A stretch of 64,000 nucleotides of DNA from Gammaproteobacteria bacterium. GTDB taxonomy: Bacteria; Pseudomonadota; Gammaproteobacteria; BMS3Bbin11. Both the position numbers and the translations under genes were made by a program. The stretch is taken from assembly GCA_013150915.1 (NCBI GenBank), contig JAADJE010000031.1, positions 11,139 to 75,138 of the forward strand. Reading direction: 5' to 3'. How positions within the stretch are numbered: the stretch's first letter is position 1; every line of letters starts with the position of its first letter. Below the pieces are notes generated by a model that was given only the letters and a program-made list of their open reading frames with translations, was not told where the DNA came from and made no database searches. This document shows positions 54,472 to 63,404 of the stretch, piece by piece.

Positions 54472-56865
54472 TCATTCAGGTTCTACGACTTCGATCCGGT
54501 AACTGCCTCGTGTTTTCCCATCTGCCGTGTTCGCTTCGATGGTGAAATGCAACGATTCGCCGATGCCCAGTGTCTTTACCGGCAAGGTGATCCTGTGCAG
54601 GTCAAAACCCGCAGGTGTTGTTTTCACCTCATTGGTATCCGGTGCGTCGCCGACCAGAAATTGTATAGTGGCAGGTTGTGGCAGGCAGATACACAGGGCC
54701 TCGCCCTGGAAAATCGTATCGATGGGCGCCATGGGTGTCCATACCGCGAGTATCGCCTTCGGGCGTTGGCCATCATAGCGCTCCCATACCGTGTCGAGCC
54801 GGTCCACGGGATAGCCCGCAGCGCGAGAATGCGCCAGTTTGATAAATTCCGCGTGGGCCCATACCAGCGGCATCGCCGATCCTGTCGCCTGGCCGGGGTA
54901 CAGTCGCCGTTCGGGGATGGGTTCGGCATCCCAGACCTGCTCCGGGAGCATGCCGCCGCGTCCTGCCATTGCGGCCATGGCACCCAGATAGGGCAGGGGG
55001 TCGTTGCCGGCCAGCAATTCGTAGTGGCCACGCTCCCCTGTGAGCAGCGGCCAGGGGCGACCGTGGCCGGTGCCATTGAAAGCAGAACCATCACGGTGTT
55101 CGCCATAGCCGTCTCCATTGTAGCGGTACCAGGCCGAACCATTCGGCGTCTCCGCCCTGAGCAGGGCATCGACGACCCGGACGCTGTCCCTGATCAATGG
55201 GTCATCGGCTCGCCGTAACCCGAAACGCACCAGCTGTAGAAAGTCAGTGCTGATCTGTTCCGCTGCGGATAACCCGGGATCCTGCAGCCGATTCTTGATG
55301 GGTAACTGCTGGCTCACCGCTTCCTCATCCATAATCGCTTTTGCTGGTGCAGTTCGAATGTAATAGCCGGCTACCCCGTGCTTTCGTGCCAGCGCGGTAT
55401 CGCGCACAACGGTCCATGATTCGATCCGGCTGTTCCAGAAGTCTGCGATGGCCAATGAAGTTTCCCGGTTCTGGCCCTTCAGGAAATCCGCACCGCTGAC
55501 CAGTGCGGCAATACAGATCGCCAGGGTAAAAGTGTTGACTCCTGCATTTTCCTCCCAGCGATCCTGGTCGGAGGCGGGGCCGTTGTGCGCGATGAAGCTA
55601 AGGGCGCGGGATACCATGTCAGCAACCTCGATACCATCCAGCGATCCACGCGCTGCAAGCTCTGCCGCCAGCAACACCGGGAATGCGGCTTCGTCGAGCT
55701 GGGTCCCCTGCCAGTAAGGTTTTCCACCGAGCCACTGGTTCTGGTACCAGTGGCCGTCTTCGAGCTGGGTGGCAATAAGATAACGCAGGATTTCGCGTGC
55801 CTTGTCATCCGCCCCCAGCATTAATAGCGCACCCGCGCTTTCTACCAGGTCGCGTGGCCAGACCAGGTGGTAGCCACCGCGTTCGTTGCGCGTTTCGCCC
55901 CAGGGGATGCTGAGGCTGGCAATCATGGCACCGGTAAAAATCTGATCCTGATGGGTGCGTAGCACCATCGCCGAGATTTTTAATTCATTGAGCAGGGCTT
56001 CGGGCAGATCCAGGTTGAGTGCGCATCGCAGGTCGCAGTTCGAATGCCAGTCGCGCCAGTCGTTGATCTGTTGTTGCCATGGACTGTCAAAGGATCTCGG
56101 CAGGGCGGACAGAGCCACTGTGGCAGCTGATTCCCTGCTGCTGGCAAAGCCGAGCGCCAGTACCGAGTAGCGGGGCAGACCGCCGGTCAGTGCAACATTA
56201 CCGGGACCGGCCTGCTTGTAGCGCCAGTGCATGGCTCCGTTACGATTGAAGTCCTGCCAGCCGTCGCTACCACCGACATAACCGGCACTGACTTCCTGCC
56301 AGGCATCACGCTGGTTGGTGTCCACGGCCGCCAGCGCCAGGCCGAATGGACCCTGTTTCGCCCACAGCACACGGCGGCCTCGGTAGCGCGCTACCGCGGC
56401 CTGGTTGTCATAACCGGTCCCTCCCAGGCGGGGGGCCAGCAGCACATAGGGCCGCAACGATGCGTCACCTTGCAGCCGGCATTCAATCAGTAGCACATCG
56501 CGCTGTGGATCGGGTGTGATGCGGAGTGTCAGCGTGAAACGTGGGTGCCGGTGGATCAGGGTGTAAGCGGGTATGCCGGGCTCGGGCTGGCTGAGGGTAT
56601 AATCATCCAGACGTTTGACCTCTACCCAGAAGCCGGCACCATCGGCGATGATGAAGCCGAGATCGCGGATCTGCGGCAGGTCGACACGTGGATAGTAGAC
56701 CTCATTGATGATACCTCGGCCGAGTGTAAACCACAGGCGTGACGGCCCCAGCGAACACCCCACGGCATTCTTGCGCCCACCGCTCCAGGTCGGTGGGATA
56801 CCTGGTCTGCCGGGTGCATGGCCGGTAACCTCGTAGGACTCAGAAACGAGTGGCAACTCGCTCAT
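54472..56865 (-). CDS. glycoside hydrolase family 15 protein (glucoamylase/trehalase-type)
   Basis: 797 aa; N-terminal beta-sandwich plus (alpha/alpha)6 catalytic domain with GH15 hallmarks VWPRDLVESAGALL and catalytic DRWEENAG; visibly GC-richer than upstream genes. Confidence 0.85.
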   Translation of the reverse strand: MSELPLVSESYEVTGHAPGRPGIPPTWSGGRKNAVGCSLGPSRLWFTLGRGIINEVYYPRVDLPQIRDLGFIIADGAGFWVEVKRLDDYTLSQPEPGIPAYTLIHRHPRFTLTLRITPDPQRDVLLIECRLQGDASLRPYVLLAPRLGGTGYDNQAAVARYRGRRVLWAKQGPFGLALAAVDTNQRDAWQEVSAGYVGGSDGWQDFNRNGAMHWRYKQAGPGNVALTGGLPRYSVLALGFASSRESAATVALSALPRSFDSPWQQQINDWRDWHSNCDLRCALNLDLPEALLNELKISAMVLRTHQDQIFTGAMIASLSIPWGETRNERGGYHLVWPRDLVESAGALLMLGADDKAREILRYLIATQLEDGHWYQNQWLGGKPYWQGTQLDEAAFPVLLAAELAARGSLDGIEVADMVSRALSFIAHNGPASDQDRWEENAGVNTFTLAICIAALVSGADFLKGQNRETSLAIADFWNSRIESWTVVRDTALARKHGVAGYYIRTAPAKAIMDEEAVSQQLPIKNRLQDPGLSAAEQISTDFLQLVRFGLRRADDPLIRDSVRVVDALLRAETPNGSAWYRYNGDGYGEHRDGSAFNGTGHGRPWPLLTGERGHYELLAGNDPLPYLGAMAAMAGRGGMLPEQVWDAEPIPERRLYPGQATGSAMPLVWAHAEFIKLAHSRAAGYPVDRLDTVWERYDGQRPKAILAVWTPMAPIDTIFQGEALCICLPQPATIQFLVGDAPDTNEVKTTPAGFDLHRITLPVKTLGIGESLHFTIEANTADGKTRGSYRIEVVEPE

Positions 56866-56871
56866 GTTAGT

Positions 56872-58239
56872 TCAGGCTAGCCGGCCGAGTAACACCTGTG
56901 CCGCCAGTCCAATGCCCAGGGTAAAGGTGAAGGTGATCCCCAATACCCACTTTACCAGTGGTATCGGCGCGGAACCTGATGCTGTGATAATGGGTTGCTG
57001 ATACATTGGTACGATTATACGCAGATACACCGCCAGTGACAGCACACTGTTGAGTATGGCTATTACAGCAAGCCAGGTGAAGCCTGCCTCAATCGATGCA
57101 CCGAACAACAGAAACTTGCCGACGAAGCCGGCGAGTGGCGGGATACCGGCCAGTGAAAGAAGAAACACCACCATTGCTACACCTATAGCAATATTTTTAC
57201 GCCCGATGCCAGAGAATACATCAAGCGTTCGACCTGCATGCATAACGACAGCAAAGGCACCCAGATTCATTGCGGCGTAGGCGGCAGAAAAAACAATAAT
57301 GGACGTAAATGCGAGTGGGCTCGCCCCCACCGCGACAATACCGATAAGAAAATAACCCGCCTGGGCAACCGACGAATAGGCGAGTAGTCGCACAATATTG
57401 TCTTGCACCAACGCAGCCAGATAGCCATAGGTCATAGTTATCACAGAGACCACAGCAATGACCAGCGGCCAGCCTGTACTCATGGGTAAATCGCGAACCA
57501 CCTGTGTCAGGGCCAGGATTGCACCAATCTTGGGTACTACCGACAGATAAGCGGCTATCGACACGGGCGCACCCTCGTAGGCATCCGGTGCCCAGAAATG
57601 AAATGGCACCAGTGAGGCCTTGTAACCCAGTCCGACGATGACGGCGATCAGGCCAACGGCGGCGACAACCGGTTTTTCTTCAAGGCGGGATAGATCGCTA
57701 AGCAGTGTCGAACCGGTGCCGCCGAACCAGTAACTGAGACCAAAGATCATGATAGCACCGGTGACTGCGGCGAAGACAAAAAATTTCATGGCGGCTTCGG
57801 TGGCACTATCATTACGCGGATAAGCGACCAGGGCAAAGGAACCGAGGCCTGACAGCAATATGCCCAATACGAGCAGCATGCTGTCACCGGCACCGGCTAG
57901 CACCAGGGAACCCAGGGTCACAAAACAGACCAGACTGTAAACAGTACCTTCCCGGTCACTGCCACCAAGTTCTGTACGTGCCAGCAAGACAGACAGTACG
58001 GTCGCGGGCAACAAGATGAGTTTGGCCCAGACACTCAGCATATCTATGCGGAACGTGCCACCGAATATGCTGGTATCCGCGCCAAGCAGGGGCAGGGTCA
58101 TGCCGGTCGCGAGCAGTAGTCCGGTAACTGTAACTGTCAGTGCAATACGGGGCAGGCGCAGCATCTCAGCCACCAGTGCGACGACACCAGTCAGCAGCAC
58201 GATGATCTCAGGGATAATTAAGGCGAGATCACGCTCCAT
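56872..58239 (-). CDS. complex I-like antiporter-type subunit, NuoN/ND2-like (divergent second copy)
   Basis: 455 aa, ~14 TM; FHFWAPDAYEGAP motif; high GC. Confidence 0.8.
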   Translation of the reverse strand: MERDLALIIPEIIVLLTGVVALVAEMLRLPRIALTVTVTGLLLATGMTLPLLGADTSIFGGTFRIDMLSVWAKLILLPATVLSVLLARTELGGSDREGTVYSLVCFVTLGSLVLAGAGDSMLLVLGILLSGLGSFALVAYPRNDSATEAAMKFFVFAAVTGAIMIFGLSYWFGGTGSTLLSDLSRLEEKPVVAAVGLIAVIVGLGYKASLVPFHFWAPDAYEGAPVSIAAYLSVVPKIGAILALTQVVRDLPMSTGWPLVIAVVSVITMTYGYLAALVQDNIVRLLAYSSVAQAGYFLIGIVAVGASPLAFTSIIVFSAAYAAMNLGAFAVVMHAGRTLDVFSGIGRKNIAIGVAMVVFLLSLAGIPPLAGFVGKFLLFGASIEAGFTWLAVIAILNSVLSLAVYLRIIVPMYQQPIITASGSAPIPLVKWVLGITFTFTLGIGLAAQVLLGRLA

Positions 58240-59708
58240 CAGAATTGCAGTGCCGCGGTGGTCTTGTGAATAACATCAAGCACCCAGGCCGGGACGACGC
58301 CCACCGCGACGATCAGTATCAGCAGTGGGCTCAACGCAAGTACTTCACGCACATTCAGATCGGCCATGTTTGTCCACTTTTCACGAGGTTCGCCGAGAAA
58401 CACCTTGCCAATGGCTCTCAGGTACAGGCCCGCAGTAATGACGATACCAAGGATGGCAATAACGGCCACGGGTTCAACCTGCAGTGTCGCCAGGAAGATC
58501 TGGAACTCGGCCGGAAAGTGAGCCAGTCCAGGCAATCCCAATGAAGCAAACGCGGCGAGTACGAAGGACCAACCGAGTATCGGTATTACATTCAGTAACC
58601 CTCCAAACTGATCCATCTCCCGGGTATTGGCGCGATCCTGCAACATGCCAACCAGTAAGAACAATGCACCGGTGACCAGTCCGTGGCTGACCATTTGCAG
58701 GACCGAGCCGTCCAGTGCGGTAGCACGAATCGCTGGATCGGTTGCCAACGCTGCAATCGCCACCCCGATGATGATATAACCCATGTGATTGACCGAGGTA
58801 TAGGCGACCAGGCGTTTGAGATCGCTCTGTGCCAGTGCGGCGAAGGCACCGTAGAGAGCAGCGACTACGCCGAACACCAGGATGACGATCCCGGCGTCAC
58901 GAAAGGCATCCGGTGTCATCTGAAATGCAAAGCGTACCAGACCATAGGTGCCGAATTTCAGCATCACCCCGGCGAGGATCACGCTGCCCGCAGCCGGTGC
59001 CTGGACATGTGCCGCAGGCAGCCATGTGTGAAACGGGAACACCGGCGTCTTGACCGCAAAAGTAATCAGCATCGCTACCAGTGCAAGCATGGCCGCAGTA
59101 CCATTTAATGGTGGGTTGCTGATCCAGTCGCGCATGTCGAAGGTATGTGGGTCGCTACCAAGATATAAGCCGAGAATGGCAAGCAGTAACGGCAGGCTGC
59201 CGAGAAATGTATAGATAAAAAACATCAGCGCTGCGCGTTGACGATCTTCATGTCCCCATTCAGCAATCATGAAGTACATGGCAACCAGCGACACCTCAAA
59301 GAAAACATAGAATAAAATTGCATCCAGCGCGGTGAAGACGCCAATAGAAGCCGTCTCCAGCAATAGCATCAGCGCGACGAAGGCATGAGATTGTTTGCGG
59401 ACCTTGGCAGAATAAATAAAGGTCACGAAGAACAACAGCGCAGTTAGCAGTACCAGAGGCAAACTAATGCCATCCACGCCAACACGGTAGGCAGCGCCAA
59501 TTGAAGGCATCCAGTCGAGCTGTTCAAGCTGGGCAAAGCCTGTCTCGTTAACACCGCGTGACCACATCCTTACCACACCCATGAGTGTCAGCCCGCTGGT
59601 AACGATGCCGATGGTGTGTACGACCTGTACGGGAGCTTTGCGCAAGGTCATAACAAGCAGCGCTCCAAGGAGCGGCAGGAACAGGGTGATGGACACGATG
59701 GGCAGCAT
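58239..59708 (-). CDS. complex I-like antiporter-type subunit, NuoM/ND4-like (divergent second copy)
   Basis: 489 aa; FHTWLPAAHVQAPAAGS motif. Confidence 0.8.
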   Translation of the reverse strand: MLPIVSITLFLPLLGALLVMTLRKAPVQVVHTIGIVTSGLTLMGVVRMWSRGVNETGFAQLEQLDWMPSIGAAYRVGVDGISLPLVLLTALLFFVTFIYSAKVRKQSHAFVALMLLLETASIGVFTALDAILFYVFFEVSLVAMYFMIAEWGHEDRQRAALMFFIYTFLGSLPLLLAILGLYLGSDPHTFDMRDWISNPPLNGTAAMLALVAMLITFAVKTPVFPFHTWLPAAHVQAPAAGSVILAGVMLKFGTYGLVRFAFQMTPDAFRDAGIVILVFGVVAALYGAFAALAQSDLKRLVAYTSVNHMGYIIIGVAIAALATDPAIRATALDGSVLQMVSHGLVTGALFLLVGMLQDRANTREMDQFGGLLNVIPILGWSFVLAAFASLGLPGLAHFPAEFQIFLATLQVEPVAVIAILGIVITAGLYLRAIGKVFLGEPREKWTNMADLNVREVLALSPLLILIVAVGVVPAWVLDVIHKTTAALQF

Positions 59709-59723
59709 TCAGGAGTCTCCTTA

Positions 59724-61553
59724 TCAATAAACCAGTAAAGCCAGCAACAGGGCGGCGAGGATCAGCGCAGTTCCCACGACAGTGATTGCCATTTCACGGT
59801 GAATCAGGCCGCTCTGCAATGAGCGGGCGCGGCTGCCGAGTTCGACCGTGTTGCGCACCAATGAAAATATCAGCCCGTCGATGCCTTGTTCGTCATTGCG
59901 GCGTACGGCTCGACCGATATCGAGTCCAAATCGACCCACTGCAAATACGCCTGCGTACAGGATGCGTTCCAGCCTTTCACAGCTGCGGGCGATGGCGAAT
60001 GCGGGCCGCACCATCAAGTTATCGAAACCGCCGGCAATGGTAAAACCCTGCTGTACCCAGGGTAACAAAGGGCCAAGTAGTCGCCGCGCCGTGAAGAACC
60101 AGCCAAGTATCAAACCACCCACTGCTGCACCCAGCCCGAAAATTTCGGGGGGAAATCGGGTGGGGGTGTTTTCGGGTAGGCGGGTGTTCAGCAAGGTCTC
60201 GATAGCAGGGAAGGCGACACCCAGGATAACGGCCAGTGTGACCAGTCCGGCCAGTCCCGCACCCATCCAGTATAGCCCCACGATCTTGTGGCTCTTGCGG
60301 TCACCATGCCACAGGATGCGCAGCGCTCGGGCCATGTAGGCGCCGGTCAACAGGGTGCCGGCCAGCGCCAGCGGCGCAAGTAATAGCACGTTGGGTGAGG
60401 CCAGCGAGGCGGCAATAATGGCTTCCTTGGAAAAGTAGCCACTCATAGGAGGGATACCGGCCAGCGCCAGTGCTGCCAGTGCATAACCGAAAAATACGCG
60501 TGGTCTATCACGCCCGGCACCTTGCAGATTTACCAGTACCGTGCTGTTACGGCTGTGCTGAAATATACCAGCACCAAGAAACAGGCCACTCTTTATGGTC
60601 GCGTGAGCGATCAGGTGCAGCAGTGCCGCCAGTGGCACACCGGCGCCCACGGCCACCAGCATCAGGCCGTACTGGCTGGAAGTTGATGCGGCGGTCAGGC
60701 GTTTTAGATCACGCTCGCCCAGCGCAATCAGGCCGGTGACCACGGTGGTGACGCCACCGACGAGGCCAATCACCAGTAGCACCTCAGGCGGCAGCATCGG
60801 CGCCACACGGATCAGCAGGATGGCACCAGCCGCCACCAGAGTGGCCGAGTGCAGCAGCGCCGAGACCGGTGTGGGACCGGCCATGGCGCGCTGTAACCAG
60901 TCGTGTAACGGTGTTTGTGCGGACTTGCCCATCGCCGCGACAAGTAAGAAGAACCCGGCCGCAATAGCCGCATTGCCTCCGGTGTTCAGTGTGGTAGCTA
61001 TATCGCTGCTGCCGGCGCTGGCAATAAGAATGAACACCGCGATATAGAGCCCCAGATCGGCGCTGCGGGTAACCAGGAAGGCGCGGGTGGCGGCTGATGT
61101 GACACCCGGTCGGCGGTACCAGAAGCCGATCAACAGATAACTGCTCAGGCCAATAAGTTCCCATGCCGCGAGCAGCAAAATCCAGTCGCCGGCAAGTACC
61201 AGAGTTTGCATGGCCGAGACGAACAGCAGCATGGTGGCGAAGAAACGTACTTTTTCACTGTCCTTTTTCATGTAGCCGACGGCATAAACCAGCACCAGGC
61301 TGCTGACCCCAGCAACCAGGGTTGAAAGCAATGCAGTCAGCGGCGTCGAGATAAGACGCAGTGGCATATCCGGCAGGCCGGGCAAAATCAACTGATTGCC
61401 CTGGCCATTAAAAGCGTCAGCCAGCAAGTACAGACTGGCGAACATACCAACAGCAGCACCCAACAGCGCCAGCGCTGCGGGGAAACGCCGCAGTAGCAGG
61501 ATCAGCACCATCATGGAGAGAGGCGCAAGAATGGCTGCGGCTATGAGGTTCAT
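59724..61553 (-). CDS. complex I-like antiporter-type subunit, NuoL/ND5-like (divergent second copy)
   Basis: 609 aa; NuoL-like helices plus C-terminal extension; conserved GWEL(I/V)GL…SY…IGFW region. Confidence 0.8.
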   Translation of the reverse strand: MNLIAAAILAPLSMMVLILLLRRFPAALALLGAAVGMFASLYLLADAFNGQGNQLILPGLPDMPLRLISTPLTALLSTLVAGVSSLVLVYAVGYMKKDSEKVRFFATMLLFVSAMQTLVLAGDWILLLAAWELIGLSSYLLIGFWYRRPGVTSAATRAFLVTRSADLGLYIAVFILIASAGSSDIATTLNTGGNAAIAAGFFLLVAAMGKSAQTPLHDWLQRAMAGPTPVSALLHSATLVAAGAILLIRVAPMLPPEVLLVIGLVGGVTTVVTGLIALGERDLKRLTAASTSSQYGLMLVAVGAGVPLAALLHLIAHATIKSGLFLGAGIFQHSRNSTVLVNLQGAGRDRPRVFFGYALAALALAGIPPMSGYFSKEAIIAASLASPNVLLLAPLALAGTLLTGAYMARALRILWHGDRKSHKIVGLYWMGAGLAGLVTLAVILGVAFPAIETLLNTRLPENTPTRFPPEIFGLGAAVGGLILGWFFTARRLLGPLLPWVQQGFTIAGGFDNLMVRPAFAIARSCERLERILYAGVFAVGRFGLDIGRAVRRNDEQGIDGLIFSLVRNTVELGSRARSLQSGLIHREMAITVVGTALILAALLLALLVY

Positions 61554-61861
61554 CCTTTCAACTCTGCCGCTTCTTCCATTTCCACGGAGCCTTTGGCGCG
61601 GAAGCGTGCAATGGCTACGCCGAATCCCACCGCCATCTCTATCGCCATCACGGTCATTATGATCAGTACGAACATTTGACCGGCAGGGTTGTCCGGGTGC
61701 AGGTAGCGCCAGAATGCGACCAGGTTGACCATGGCTCCGGCAAGAATCAGTTCTATCCCCATCATGATCATCACCAGATTGGTCTGCGACAGTGCACCAT
61801 AGATGCCGACACCAAACAGCGCGGCGCCAGTGATTAGTGCGAGAAGAAGTTCAATACTCAT
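61550..61861 (-). CDS. complex I-like subunit NuoK/ND4L-like
   Basis: 103 aa, 3 TM; conserved glutamates in TM2/TM3 (MGIELILAG…AIEMAVG). Confidence 0.75.
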   Translation of the reverse strand: MSIELLLALITGAALFGVGIYGALSQTNLVMIMMGIELILAGAMVNLVAFWRYLHPDNPAGQMFVLIIMTVMAIEMAVGFGVAIARFRAKGSVEMEEAAELKG

Positions 61862-62376
61862 TGTTCACGAGTCCTTTTAACAGGTTGTATGGCCACCGCC
61901 GTAGCAGCAATCATGGCGGTAAGAATGGTGATTCCGGCAGTTTCAAAAATCAGCATTGAACGACCCAGCAGTTCAAGGCCCAGATCTATAGTCTGTTGTG
62001 CAGCATCCGGTGAAACGCTGGCCACAGGTCCCCAGTCGACAAATACGGCTACGGCCACGGCGGCCACGAAGGAAACAATTCCGGCGCCTAAGGAGAGGCG
62101 CTTCTGATGAGTCATGTCCATCTCACCAAGTCCGCCGGGATCCATCATGAACATCACCATAAAAATAGCCATGATGCTCATTTCAGTGGCCATCATCATG
62201 ATTTGTAATACGCCGAGGAACTCCGCCTGCATACTCAGAAACATCGCACCAAGAGCCGTCTGAGAGAAAAGCAGAGCCAGCGCAGAACGTACCATCGAAA
62301 ACGTGCGGAAAACAACGATACCGAACCACACTCCGGCGAGTCCGAAGAAACCAATGAAGAACATTTGAGCAGTCAT
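61858..62376 (-). CDS. complex I-like subunit NuoJ/ND6-like
   Basis: 172 aa; N-terminal helices align with nuoJ of the first operon (…SQTALGAMFLSMQAEFLGVLQIMMMATEMSIMAIFMVMFMM…). Confidence 0.7.
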   Translation of the reverse strand: MTAQMFFIGFFGLAGVWFGIVVFRTFSMVRSALALLFSQTALGAMFLSMQAEFLGVLQIMMMATEMSIMAIFMVMFMMDPGGLGEMDMTHQKRLSLGAGIVSFVAAVAVAVFVDWGPVASVSPDAAQQTIDLGLELLGRSMLIFETAGITILTAMIAATAVAIQPVKRTREQ

Positions 62377-62507
62377 TTTACTGGGTACCTCAGTTGAACG
62401 GTTCGTAGTAGTTCACCAATAAAATGAACCGAGGCACAGCTTTTAACAAAGTTGTTGTGTCCATAATGTCAGGCTCATAAATTAGCGGTCAATTGTGGAA
62501 CCCAGGA

Positions 62508-63404
62508 TCAGGGAAACACCAGTACGAGTACACCAACGAGAAGTATATTCAGCAACGCCAGTGGGATGCCCAGCATCCAGCACCATGCCAGCAGGTCTGC
62601 TTCGCGGATGCGTGGCATATAACGCCCGGCCAGCAACATTATCGTGGTAACTGCCAGTATTTTGATTGTGCTCCATGCCCAGGGCGGTAGTAATGGTCCC
62701 TGCCAGCCACCGAGGTAGAAAATTACAGTGGCGGCCGCCAGGGTGATAATCAGCGCCAGGCGTCCCAGCCGGAATACCGCCAGCCGTACGCCGGCATATT
62801 CAGCTTCTACGCCGCCTGCGAGTTCGCCTTTCGATGTAGTTAAATCGAATGGCGGTAGAAATGCCAGTGCCATGGCCGCGATGAAAAACAGGATAAATCC
62901 CAGTGGTTGATAAATAATGTTCCATACACCTGCCTGGGAGACAACGACCTGTGTCGTCAGTAATGATTCGGCACGCATCACGACGGCGGTGATGGGCATA
63001 ACGATTAGCATTGCGTAGGCGATAAGCTGGCCCAGAAAACGCCAGCCACCGATCATGGCATAGGCACCATCCGGACCCCAGCCCGCCATCAGCAGGGCAA
63101 CCAGGACGTAGACCAGCGCCGCATTGATGAACAATGCGCCAGTAGCCATATCTGTGATGATCAGATCTGGAGTTAGCGGCACGACGGCTGCTGCGAGTAT
63201 TGCAGAGATCAACAGCAGAAACGGGGCGACTTCAAAGAAAATCCGGTCGGGTTTGCGCGGTACAATGGATTCCCGCCCCAGCAGTGCGATGCCGGCAAGT
63301 ACCGGTGCGGTCAGCCGAAATCGTCCGCTCACAGTCCAGTCTTCGAGTACTGCGACCAGATACGCACCAACCGCCAGCAACAGCAGCAAAAGAACGGTTG
63401 TCAT
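62508..63404 (-). CDS. complex I-like subunit NuoH/ND1-like (HycD/EchB-like)
   Basis: 298 aa, 8 TM; FDLTTSKGELAGGVEAEYAG corresponds to NuoH FDxxEGESELVAGxxxEYSG loop. Confidence 0.75.
   Translation of the reverse strand: MTTVLLLLLLAVGAYLVAVLEDWTVSGRFRLTAPVLAGIALLGRESIVPRKPDRIFFEVAPFLLLISAILAAAVVPLTPDLIITDMATGALFINAALVYVLVALLMAGWGPDGAYAMIGGWRFLGQLIAYAMLIVMPITAVVMRAESLLTTQVVVSQAGVWNIIYQPLGFILFFIAAMALAFLPPFDLTTSKGELAGGVEAEYAGVRLAVFRLGRLALIITLAAATVIFYLGGWQGPLLPPWAWSTIKILAVTTIMLLAGRYMPRIREADLLAWCWMLGIPLALLNILLVGVLVLVFP

Noticed and set aside
54433-55218. 261-aa plus-strand ORF, plus several other 60-180-aa ORFs on both strands across 54.5-63.5 kb
   Set aside because: They fall in the high-GC block, where stop codons are rare in all frames. 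They overlap the well-supported GH15 and nuo-like genes, and their Arg/Pro/Gly-rich translations have no domain signatures.
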